A stretch of DNA of 64,000 nt from Candidatus Saccharibacteria bacterium UBA6039 (GCA_002427805.1 DIZB01000030.1:804-64803); one strand, 5' to 3'. Positions 43,458 through 51,196 are shown, counted from the stretch's first letter. Notes: a model not told the origin generated them from the letters alone. Translations and numbers: made by a program.

Positions 43458-43540
43458 AAAATTAGCGTCCGAAGACGCTAAAAATCATATTTTTGGCGAG
43501 ATCGATAGGTTCGAAATGGAACTTAATACGGTCTGAGATG
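43455..43540. repeat. intergenic repeat element, copy 2 (hairpin identical, distal block diverged)
   Basis: taaaaaattagcgtccgaagacgctaaaaatcatatttttgg differs from copy 1 only by one extra A and one extra T in homopolymer runs. The next ~45 nt keep only patches (ggcgaga.., aaatggaac.., tgagatg). Confidence 0.8.
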
Positions 43541-43670
43541 ATTACTATGAGCAAGATCGTTGAACATTTTCATAAAGAGTCCCTATTAAGTGACAGGGAT
43601 TAAACTAGTTAGCACTTATGCTTGCGACCCTCACGAAAAGCACTTATCATATAAGTCTAGGGAGTCTGAT

Positions 43671-44468
43671 ATGCCAAAGAATAACTCATCTGTAGAAGTA
43701 GCCGCTGAACCATCTCAACAGTTGGCAGAGGCATGGACAGAACACACAAGGCAACGCTATCAATATGATGCACAACTTAGTCAGCAAGCAATTGATATTG
43801 CCGAAGCCATAGCGGCAGGCGCTCCCGCCAGCCTAGAGCAGTTTGTCTATGCTTCACTCGGAGCTCATCCTGATTGGAAAAAGCTCTATGAGCAAATTGC
43901 TACAGTAAACGAACAGCTACAATCCAACGTGCCTCTTGCACTGTTTTCAAAAGGCACAATGCGCTACTTCGGCTACCCTGAACGATTTGGAACCTGGTCT
44001 CGTCATGGCAACACGAGCCATGACCACAATGCATTTACTTATACATTTGAAACTTCAGAGCAGCGTGACGCAAAGCTTTCTAAGTTAATTCCACGACTAG
44101 GTCAGACAGCCAATAGTACAGTTAGTAGCTATTTTTCTACGCTTTCACTTCCAATGCGAACCTTATACGATATGCAGAAGGTTGATACATTTGGTAGCTT
44201 TAGAGATGTAAAACAAGGTGATACCGAGCTAAAGAATATGTTTAGAAGTTCCAGTTCAGCAACCTACAGAGCTCCGTATCCTGATGCGCAGTACGACTTC
44301 CATATGACAACCGTAGATGACGAAGAACCTGGTGAGAAACTTGTTGTCGCTTCAGGTATGCATGATATTGTAAAACTTGCGAGTAAGAGTCTGACTGATG
44401 TAAACCTACGTCATCTAAAGTTTGCTATGAAACACGAAGAAAACGACTTCGAACAAGGCGCTGATTAA
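43671..44468 (+). CDS. orphan cytoplasmic protein (265 aa)
   Basis: AGGGAG lies 6 nt before ATG 43671 (the track start at 43590 lacks an RBS). No TM segment, signal peptide or known motif. Confidence 0.55.
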   Translation: MPKNNSSVEVAAEPSQQLAEAWTEHTRQRYQYDAQLSQQAIDIAEAIAAGAPASLEQFVYASLGAHPDWKKLYEQIATVNEQLQSNVPLALFSKGTMRYFGYPERFGTWSRHGNTSHDHNAFTYTFETSEQRDAKLSKLIPRLGQTANSTVSSYFSTLSLPMRTLYDMQKVDTFGSFRDVKQGDTELKNMFRSSSSATYRAPYPDAQYDFHMTTVDDEEPGEKLVVASGMHDIVKLASKSLTDVNLRHLKFAMKHEENDFEQGAD

Positions 44469-44494
44469 CTATTGAAAAGGCGCAACACCTATTT

Positions 44495-44592
44495 AAAAAG
44501 CTCCCACAAAAGGAGCTCTTTTAAACATGATTTCATGGTAGACACGATACACATACCCTGGAACCAAATCAAACATGAACTGATTGAGATGG
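44495..44592. repeat. intergenic repeat element, copy 3 (different terminator hairpin plus conserved block)
   Basis: The hairpin agctcc-cacaaaa-ggagct is flanked by A- and T-runs, so it is bidirectional. It is followed by atggtagacacgatacacataccctggaaccaaatcaaacatgaactgattga, which matches copy 1. Confidence 0.8.
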
Positions 44593-44730
44593 GTCGCATT
44601 GTTTTCATTGTGAATAATGCCAATAGTCTAACAATTAGGTCCTAGCAATAGAACTATTAGTCCGTTCTAAACATGGAACCATGCTAGTAAGAATTTTGTT
44701 TGAATTTGCTCTTGACAGTTACAAAACGCA

Positions 44731-44857
44731 CCGGGATTCCCGGGTATGCAGTAAAAAACAGGAATCCCGGTCGTAATCTGACGTATTCACCGGGAATCAC
44801 GCTATTGATAGTTTTACCGGGATTCCCGGTAACTTGACAAAAACATGCCAATCCCGG
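44731..44857 (+). promoter_or_regulatory. array of five CCGGGAWTCCCGG palindromic sites (two perfect, three half-sites) upstream of the GHKL gene
   Basis: Perfect 13-mers ccgggattcccgg are at 44731-44743 and 44817-44829. Half-sites are ggaatcccgg (44761-44770), ccgggaatcac (44790-44800) and ccaatcccgg (44848-44857). Centre-to-centre spacings are about 27, 32, 27 and 28 nt. The last site lies in the promoter spacer. Confidence 0.7.
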
Positions 44858-44863
44858 TATAAT
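44834..44863 (+). promoter_or_regulatory. sigma70-type promoter (TTGACA-18-TATAAT), 7 nt before ATG 44871
   Basis: Consensus hexamers read directly. The track start ATG 44862 lies inside the -10, so ATG 44871 is the likelier (leaderless) start. Confidence 0.6.
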
Positions 44864-44870
44864 GGCTGAT

Positions 44871-45818
44871 ATGAAGATACACGTACCGAATAGTGCATTC
44901 ATTGGAAATATTGACCCTTTTATAGCAGGTCTTGATGTCACAGATCCCTCTAAATTGGAAATTACTACAAATGATCGCTGGATTGCAGTGCACCCTGTAG
45001 TGCTGTGTATGTTAGCCGCACTTGGCAAGAAAGCCAATATTGTTACTATTGATAACGTAACGGCTAGCTCAGGCCATTATATGACTCGTATGGGCCTGTA
45101 TGATTACCTTGGTATTAGTTCACCCGACCACATCGAAGAGCACGATGCTGCAGGAAGATTTATTCCACTTACTACGATCACCAGTTCACTAGAGTTAAGT
45201 AACTTTCTGAATGATGTGGTTCCTATCCTTCATTTACCACCAGAACAATCACGCTCAATTAGATATATCCTGAGCGAGTTGGTGCGTAATGTACTGGAAC
45301 ACTCGTTTTCAGACGGCGGCGCCATTGTTGCAGCGCAATATTACAAAAAGACTAACACGATTCGTATTGGTATTGTCGATTCAGGTATCGGTATCGCTGC
45401 AAGCATGGTGAGCACATACCATCCCAAAGATGATTTACAGGCTATTAAATTCTCACTTGTACCCGGTATAACTGGTACCACGACACGGGAGGGCGGAACC
45501 GACTATAATGCGGGTGCTGGATTGTTCTTCATTAAGTCAATTGCATCAATTAACGAAGACTTATTCCTTATTTATAGCGGATCTTCAATGTATAAGCTTT
45601 TAAAAAATACGAAGAAGCGATTATATGCTGATCCTGAAAAAGATAAACACTCCGAGAAGACGGATCTACCGTACTGGCAAGGCACTGTGGTGGGTATAGA
45701 TATTAACCTCAATTCAACCGAGGCGTTCACTAGCCTGCTGTCATTAATTCAAGATACTTACTCCGAGGCTGTTAAAGAACGAAGAAAAGAACGATATAGA
45801 AGGGCAAGGTTTATATGA
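44871..45818 (+). CDS. GHKL (Bergerat-fold) ATPase / RsbW-SpoIIAB-like kinase-type protein with an unassigned N-terminal domain
   Basis: The N box is ILSELVRNVLEHS, G1 is IGIVDSGIGI and G2 is DYNAGAGLFFIKS. There is no DHp/HisKA His box and no TM segment. The ~130-aa N-terminal region is unassigned. Confidence 0.6.
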   Translation: MKIHVPNSAFIGNIDPFIAGLDVTDPSKLEITTNDRWIAVHPVVLCMLAALGKKANIVTIDNVTASSGHYMTRMGLYDYLGISSPDHIEEHDAAGRFIPLTTITSSLELSNFLNDVVPILHLPPEQSRSIRYILSELVRNVLEHSFSDGGAIVAAQYYKKTNTIRIGIVDSGIGIAASMVSTYHPKDDLQAIKFSLVPGITGTTTREGGTDYNAGAGLFFIKSIASINEDLFLIYSGSSMYKLLKNTKKRLYADPEKDKHSEKTDLPYWQGTVVGIDINLNSTEAFTSLLSLIQDTYSEAVKERRKERYRRARFI

Positions 45819-46138
45819 TAGATAAAGATGATCTTACTAATACTAATTCGATAACAATCGCACTTCTGAAGATTGTTGGTCAATTTGCAGAAAACAAAGA
45901 CCTAGGAAGAGACGTGCGAGTACAAAAGATTGAACCTAACCTTGCGAAGGGTAAGAAAATCATATTAGACTTTACCGGCATAGAAGGTGCGACTCAGTCA
46001 TTTGTTCACTCAATGATTAGCCAAGTAATAAGAGATAATGGTAGCGATGTGTTGGAGTCAATCTTCTTCAAGGGGTGTTCCGAGCCAGTGCGTGCGATTA
46101 TAAATATAGTCGTAGACTACATGCAACAAACAGATTGA
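45815..46138 (+). CDS. STAS-like single-domain protein (DUF4325-like)
   Basis: Overlaps the GHKL gene by ATGA. GKKIILDFTGIEGATQSFVHSMISQVIRD..IFFKGCSEPVRAIINIV fits the STAS-like pattern (set-up DF-gV, SF--e). 107 aa. Confidence 0.5.
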   Translation: MIDKDDLTNTNSITIALLKIVGQFAENKDLGRDVRVQKIEPNLAKGKKIILDFTGIEGATQSFVHSMISQVIRDNGSDVLESIFFKGCSEPVRAIINIVVDYMQQTD

Positions 46139-46187
46139 ACTAGAATAAATATAGAACCACCCGAAGATGGTTCTATTCTATGATTAC

Positions 46188-46264
46188 TGGTAGTAGCGAC
46201 AGGAATTGAACCTGTGACCTCAAGCTTATGAGTCTTGCGCTCTAACCAACTGAGCTACGCTACC
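46188..46264 (-). tRNA. tRNA with CAU anticodon (Ile2 or elongator Met), CCA encoded
   Basis: The reverse complement GGTAGCGTAGCTCAGTTGGTTAGAGCGCAAGACTCATAAGCTTGAGGTCACAGGTTCAATTCCTGTCGCTACTACCA folds as a cloverleaf (G1-U72 wobble, A31/G39 mismatch, anticodon loop CTCATAA). Confidence 0.85.
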
Positions 46265-46330
46265 ATAACGTATACGGGCACAGGCATGATTGTAGCAAAA
46301 ACGAGGCTGGTTTTCTAGGGGTAGACCAGA

Positions 46331-47197
46331 CTAGTTGGAGGTAGACGGTGCTGAAGCTGTAGGGGACGTTGTATCCGAGGTGCCATCTGTCGTCTTTGTC
46401 GAGCTATCACTAGTTGACGTAGATGTGGATGAACCAAGAGCTGCTGAGAGCGTTGAGGTTGCTGCCTGTGCAGCTGTGACGAAGGCGGCGTTAGCTGCTT
46501 TTATTGCTGCGTTACGAGTAGCAATCAAGCTTTTAATATCACTTGTTACCTTATCCGCATTACGGGCAGTTTGGAGATTGGTTCGAGCAGTTTTAACTGT
46601 TGCACGAAGGGTATCGAGGACGCCTGTTCCAGAGCCACAGTTAGCGGCAGCCGTACTAAAGGCGGCTGCAATGGCCGCTTGGTAGGTAGCAACGGCGCTA
46701 GTAAGACTACTTTGGTGTGTTTGTACATCTTTTGCAAGGGCCGTACGATACGCAGCTCGTGCGGCATCTACTGCTGTTGCACGGGTTGCTTGAGCACTCT
46801 TCATCGTCGTTTGAAATGTTTCGATGGCTGTGAGTTGTGCTGTCGTGAGGCCTGGGGTTGCTTTAAGAGCGGCAATCTTTGAGTCAAATTCTGTACTGGC
46901 CGTTGTTCGTGCTGCAGCCACTTTTTGATCTATTGCTGCCTGGTTGGCTGCTATGTCCGACAGACGTTTTGCAAAGTCACTATCCATCGACCCTACATGC
47001 GTGGAAAGGCTTGCCTCATTTTTAGTCTGAAGTGTGATAATACGTGTACAGATATTTGTGCTTGTAGTCGACTTTGTTGTCGTGGTGTTGGTCGTGGTCG
47101 AGTCTTCGGCAAATGATGGCACGGCGGTGACAACACCAACAATCACGGCAAGACCGCTGAGTCCAATTAACTTAAGGCTCTTAGAAATCATTTTCAT
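46331..47197 (-). CDS. secreted Ala/Thr-rich helical repeat protein
   Basis: AGGAGA lies 8 nt before ATG 47197. Signal peptide MKMISKSLKLIGLSGLAVIVGVVTAVPSFA/ED. Then ~200 aa of Ala-rich amphipathic repeats and a Ser/Thr-rich tail. The track N-terminal extension to 47314 overlaps the upstream gene. Confidence 0.6.
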   Translation of the reverse strand: MKMISKSLKLIGLSGLAVIVGVVTAVPSFAEDSTTTNTTTTKSTTSTNICTRIITLQTKNEASLSTHVGSMDSDFAKRLSDIAANQAAIDQKVAAARTTASTEFDSKIAALKATPGLTTAQLTAIETFQTTMKSAQATRATAVDAARAAYRTALAKDVQTHQSSLTSAVATYQAAIAAAFSTAAANCGSGTGVLDTLRATVKTARTNLQTARNADKVTSDIKSLIATRNAAIKAANAAFVTAAQAATSTLSAALGSSTSTSTSDSSTKTTDGTSDTTSPTASAPSTSN

Positions 47198-47645
47198 TGA
47201 CACTGTCTCCTGTGTTACCTGCTGAGGTGCTTGCGTCGCTACCGGCGCTACTATCATCAGTATTAGTAATATTTTGTTCGGTTGTTGCATCAGTCGTGAA
47301 CGTATTAGCTGCACTCGTGAGCGTTGGGTTAGAGCTTGTGATTGTGGTGATTGGTGCCGTCGTCTGAGGTGACGAAGTAGTTGTCTCGTTAGCTGTCGAT
47401 TTTGTTGACGTAGGGCTCAGGAATGCATAGATAAGACAGCCTGCAATAATGATAATCGCCGCAATAACACTCACAAGAATGAGGAGCTTTTTAGAAGATT
47501 TTTTTGGCATCGGCATAAGTGATGGGCCTACAGGTACTACTTGAGGAGCTACTGATGGTGATTCTGGTACTGTAGCGACCAGGGGTGTTTGTGGTGTAGG
47601 TTCTTCTGGGGTAATGGGCGGTTGAATTGGTTCTTGTGGTTCCAT
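47181..47645 (-). CDS. single-pass membrane protein with a Pro-rich N-terminus and Thr/Ser-rich ectodomain
   Basis: A Pro-rich cytoplasmic start (MEPQEPIQPPITPEEPTPQTP..), the TM helix LLILVSVIAAIIIIAGCLIYAFL, then a low-complexity Thr/Ser region. Confidence 0.55.
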   Translation of the reverse strand: MEPQEPIQPPITPEEPTPQTPLVATVPESPSVAPQVVPVGPSLMPMPKKSSKKLLILVSVIAAIIIIAGCLIYAFLSPTSTKSTANETTTSSPQTTAPITTITSSNPTLTSAANTFTTDATTEQNITNTDDSSAGSDASTSAGNTGDSVNENDF

Positions 47646-47897
47646 ATCGTTCCTTATATTAGTTGCGCTTACTATTATCGTACGGTTTTGCTTATGTGTA
47701 AATGGTTACGGCTATATTTTTATCATTAAGCGGCGTACAATGTAGTGTACTTCCCTGTGATACACACCGACCCAGTCAAGGCGTCCCTCACGGCAGGATT
47801 ATTCAAAATCGTCTTCGGATTCTCGTTAGAAACGGACAAGAAAACGGACGAAATTATCGAAATCGTTTCTCTACTAAATATATAGAGGATTTTTGAT

Positions 47898-48164
47898 ATG
47901 AATAGTGAAACTTTTTTGAATGAACGTGTCCAGGTAGTAGCAACTTTTAGTACTGGGTATCACCCATGTCATCCAGTGAAATTTAAACGGGCGAGTGGGC
48001 GAGAAGTTACCGTGACTGAACTTGGGCTTAGGCACCCGGGAGGTAATGGTCAGCGGATGCTTCATATATTTGACGTGACCGATGGTGGCACAGACTACCG
48101 TTTAGAGTTTGATGCCGAACGCTTGACGTGGCATCTCACTATGGAGGCTGATCATTATGAGTAA
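47898..48164 (+). CDS. hypothetical 88-aa protein translationally coupled to the Y-family polymerase
   Basis: GAGGA lies 8 nt before the ATG. The 3' end overlaps the polymerase start by 8 nt. No recognisable motif. Confidence 0.55.
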   Translation: MNSETFLNERVQVVATFSTGYHPCHPVKFKRASGREVTVTELGLRHPGGNGQRMLHIFDVTDGGTDYRLEFDAERLTWHLTMEADHYE

Positions 48165-49386
48165 GTATAATACCGAACGTTCGCTCATCATGCATATAGA
48201 CCTCAATAGTTGTTTTGCGACAGTCGAGCAACAAGCACGGCCGATGCTACGCGGCAAACCCGTTGCCATTGTGAATCGCCGGACGGAACACACGGCCATT
48301 GTGACGGCCAGTTACGAAGCCAAGAGTAGGGGTGTGACGGTGGGCATGAAACTGCGTGATGCTCGAGTGTTGGTACCGGATATTATTGCGCTTGAAAGTG
48401 ACCCGGCCAAATATCGTCATGTCTATCACCAATTACTCTCCATTATGCAGGATTACTCAGCGCACGTGACCATGAAGAGCATTGATGAAGGGATAATCGA
48501 TTTTCATGACAGCACGGCTGCGATGGTCGGTCGAGACCTGCAAGATATTGGGCAAGAGATAAAACAGCGCCTCAAAGACGAAATTGGTGTGTGGATGCGT
48601 TGTAACGTGGGCATTAGCACCAATCGATTTCTTGCGAAGACTGCCGCCAGCCTTCATAAACCAGACGGCCTTGATGAGATTAACGCTCATAATCTGCGTG
48701 ACGTATATAAAACGCTGAAACTGACTGATCTGACAGGAATTGCACGACACAATGAAGCGAGGCTCAACGCAGTAGGGATTTATACTCCCCTACAGTTTCT
48801 TGATGCGGAAGAGGAGGCACTCCAAAAAGTGGTTTTTAAAAGTATTGTTGGATCGCATTGGTACCAAAGGTTACGCGGCTTCGAAGTCGATGATAGAGAA
48901 TCTGATGTCAAGCGGGTGGGTCGGCAATATGTTTTGGAGCGTTTTGACCTGTCTTTTGGGCAGATCTTGCAGCGTCTTCATCATTTATCGGAGTCTGTCG
49001 GGTCGCGTATGCGTATGCAAGATAAGGCTGCTCGCGGCATATATGTGTATGCCAAAACAAGGGATAGACAATACTGGCACGCGAGTTTTATGGCGCCGTC
49101 GGCCTTTTATACGAACCAAACAATTTACACGCTTGCTCGTCAGTTATTTGTACAGGCACCAACAAACCTGCGTGAGATAGGGTTGCACTGTTATGAATTG
49201 CAACCAATGGGCGAGAGCCAACTGAGCCTGTTTGAAGATACAATTGTTCGTGAACATCACATTGCTGGAGCAATCGATGACATTAATAAACGATATGGCG
49301 AGCGGACGCTTCATTCGGCCGATACACTTGGCACGGGTATCTATGTGCATACCAAGATTCCATTTGGTAGCACGCGCTATTTGTAG
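48157..49386 (+). CDS. dinB: Y-family DNA polymerase (DinB/Pol IV-like)
   Basis: IMHIDLNSCFATVEQ (catalytic Asp/Phe), VVTASYEAKSRGV, MKSIDEGIID (catalytic DE) and GISTNRFLAKTAASLHKPDG (HhH/thumb). Confidence 0.85.
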   Translation: MSKYNTERSLIMHIDLNSCFATVEQQARPMLRGKPVAIVNRRTEHTAIVTASYEAKSRGVTVGMKLRDARVLVPDIIALESDPAKYRHVYHQLLSIMQDYSAHVTMKSIDEGIIDFHDSTAAMVGRDLQDIGQEIKQRLKDEIGVWMRCNVGISTNRFLAKTAASLHKPDGLDEINAHNLRDVYKTLKLTDLTGIARHNEARLNAVGIYTPLQFLDAEEEALQKVVFKSIVGSHWYQRLRGFEVDDRESDVKRVGRQYVLERFDLSFGQILQRLHHLSESVGSRMRMQDKAARGIYVYAKTRDRQYWHASFMAPSAFYTNQTIYTLARQLFVQAPTNLREIGLHCYELQPMGESQLSLFEDTIVREHHIAGAIDDINKRYGERTLHSADTLGTGIYVHTKIPFGSTRYL

Positions 49387-49409
49387 TGTGCTATCAAGAC
49401 GCTTATACT
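49381..49409 (+). promoter_or_regulatory. sigma70-type promoter (TTGTAG-17-TATACT), 6 nt before ATG 49416
   Basis: Read directly. The -35 overlaps the dinB stop codon. Confidence 0.5.
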
Positions 49410-49415
49410 AATAAG

Positions 49416-50078
49416 ATGATACGTCAGATACTCAGGACTCTCGTACGAAGACTACGATGGCAGATAGGTTTCACGATTGTTGAAGTACTGATTGTGATAG
49501 TAGTTACTGCTATCTTAGTGACAATAGTTGTCGTCTCCTATAATGGCGTTCAACAGCATGCTGTGAATGTGGCTCGACTTGATGACGTCGGAAAAGTCGA
49601 AGGCATATTAGAACTATATGCCAAGCAACATAATGGGCTTTACCCAGTGACAACAAATAACTCAGTTGCCGACTGGAAATCGATTGACGTCTATAGCGAT
49701 GCGAGCTGTTTTAGTGGTTCGGCGCAAACTGATTGGATTCCCGGTATGAGTTCGTTGCCACAAAGTACGCCGAATACTGGCACACAGGTGGGTGTCGGTG
49801 GTACTCCGGGGTGTTACTTATATGCAAGTAACGGTAAAGACTATGTCCTCTCGGAGTGGAACATGCTATCGACGCCGTCTACGGCCACATCCTATTACCG
49901 CAGGCTTGGCTTTCGACCATTTCAAACGGCTACATCAACGCAATTTTATACCTGCAATGATAACGTAGTTGGTGGCAAAAGTGGAGGTAGTTATGACATC
50001 ACGCAAGATTACTATAAACACTCATATACGATCTCGAATATCACAAGTTGCGATGAGACACCTCCTGCTGGGGCGTAA
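49416..50078 (+). CDS. type IV pilin-like (prepilin N-terminal methylation motif) protein
   Basis: A basic leader, MIRQILRTLVRRLRWQIG, then /FTIVEVLIVIVVTAILVTIVVVSY (G/FTxxE class III signal). A ~180-aa globular part contains 4 Cys. Confidence 0.75.
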   Translation: MIRQILRTLVRRLRWQIGFTIVEVLIVIVVTAILVTIVVVSYNGVQQHAVNVARLDDVGKVEGILELYAKQHNGLYPVTTNNSVADWKSIDVYSDASCFSGSAQTDWIPGMSSLPQSTPNTGTQVGVGGTPGCYLYASNGKDYVLSEWNMLSTPSTATSYYRRLGFRPFQTATSTQFYTCNDNVVGGKSGGSYDITQDYYKHSYTISNITSCDETPPAGA

Positions 50079-50129
50079 GAAGTACATGAGTAGCCAAAAA
50101 AACAAAATCGCCGCGCTATAATAGTAGGT

Positions 50130-50303
50130 ATGAATAAAACAGTTCTCATTATCTCTGCAACGGTATTTAGTATTGCAGGCGGCTACGTCCCGTTTTTATG
50201 GGGTGATACCGACCTGTTAGGCGGGTGGAGCATCCTCACTGGCACGATTGGTGGCATATTTGGTATCTGGGTAGGCGTGTTGATAGCACGTCGCATGGGA
50301 TAA
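50130..50303 (+). CDS. small two-helix membrane protein (57 aa)
   Basis: Below the track cut-off. TATAAT (50117-50122) lies 7 nt before the ATG. Translation is MNKTVLIISATVFSIAGGYVPFLWGDTDLLGGWSILTGTIGGIFGIWVGVLIARRMG*. The stop overlaps the tilS start (TAATG). Confidence 0.45.
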   Translation: MNKTVLIISATVFSIAGGYVPFLWGDTDLLGGWSILTGTIGGIFGIWVGVLIARRMG

Positions 50304-51145
50304 TGACAGGTCCAAGAAAATACGTCGTTGCTGTTAGTGGCGGGGTTGATTCTGTGACGCTTCTTCATATGCTTACAGAAAAAATACCGGAACAGCTCAT
50401 TGTTGCGCATTTTGATCATGGCATTCGCGATGATTCGCGTGAGGATGCATTTTTTGTACGCCGATTAGCGGAGCACTATGGGGTAATCTTTGAGACGAAA
50501 CGTGAAGACTTAGGCCAAGCTGCCAGCGAAGACATGGCGCGCATAAGACGCTATGAATTTTTACATTCGCTCGCAAAAAAATACGATGCGGCTATTGTGA
50601 CAGCCCATCATGCTGATGATGCAGTTGAGACAGTTGCGATTAATCTCACCCGTGGTACAGGTTGGCGCGGTCTTGCGGTCCTTGATTCTGATGTCATACG
50701 GCCACTGCTTGATATGAGTAAACGAGAGATCGTAGAGTACGCGCAGCGTCATCATCTTGCGTGGCATGAGGATAGCACCAACGCGAGTGACGCATATCTC
50801 CGTAATCGTATCCGCCGTAAAACGAATGCGCTTACTGATGATACAAAACGTCAAATCCTTGCTCTAAGAGCACATCAGGTAGATCTCAAGCGCCATATTA
50901 AAAGTGAACTTGAGAGTCTTGTTGGCAGTGGCCCAACCTATAGTCGCTATTTTTTCTCTCATGTAGATCATGCGGTTGCGATTGAATGCTTACGCTACGT
51001 AGTCCGGGGCAACCTCACACGGCCACAGGCCGAGCGGGCAGTCATTGCGATTAAGACGGCCAAAGCAGGCACAAGCTATCAGGCGGGCAGTGGGGTGAGT
51101 CTGCGTTTCACCTCTCGTAATTTCAAAGTAGAACTGATAAAATAG
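50303..51145 (+). CDS. tilS: tRNA(Ile)-lysidine synthetase
   Basis: The PP-loop is VVAVSGGVDSVTLLHML. AHFDHGIRDDSRED and IVTAHHADDAVETVAINLTRG are also present. ATG 50303 (MTGPRKY) is preferred to the track start at 50225. Confidence 0.85.
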   Translation: MTGPRKYVVAVSGGVDSVTLLHMLTEKIPEQLIVAHFDHGIRDDSREDAFFVRRLAEHYGVIFETKREDLGQAASEDMARIRRYEFLHSLAKKYDAAIVTAHHADDAVETVAINLTRGTGWRGLAVLDSDVIRPLLDMSKREIVEYAQRHHLAWHEDSTNASDAYLRNRIRRKTNALTDDTKRQILALRAHQVDLKRHIKSELESLVGSGPTYSRYFFSHVDHAVAIECLRYVVRGNLTRPQAERAVIAIKTAKAGTSYQAGSGVSLRFTSRNFKVELIK

Positions 51146-51196
51146 AAGCAGTAGAAAAGCCCTCAAACCATAGACCGAAAGGAACGATACTTCTTT

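Noticed and set aside
44712-44717. A second TTGACA upstream of the operator array, considered as a distal promoter
   Set aside because: No acceptable -10 lies at 16-19 nt; the nearest candidate, TATGCA, is 27 nt away.
44684-45037. 117-aa minus-strand ORF across the operator array
   Set aside because: It has no RBS. Its repeated PGIP/GNPG peptides are simply the palindromic CCGGGAWTCCCGG sites read in frame, and it overlaps the well-supported GHKL gene start.
46335-47225. Plus-strand ORFs 46335-46685, 46571-46882, 46925-47116 and 47034-47225
   Set aside because: They are antisense frames of the Ala/Thr-rich secreted protein genes. The biased composition keeps them open. None has an RBS, and the minus-strand genes have an SD plus signal peptide.
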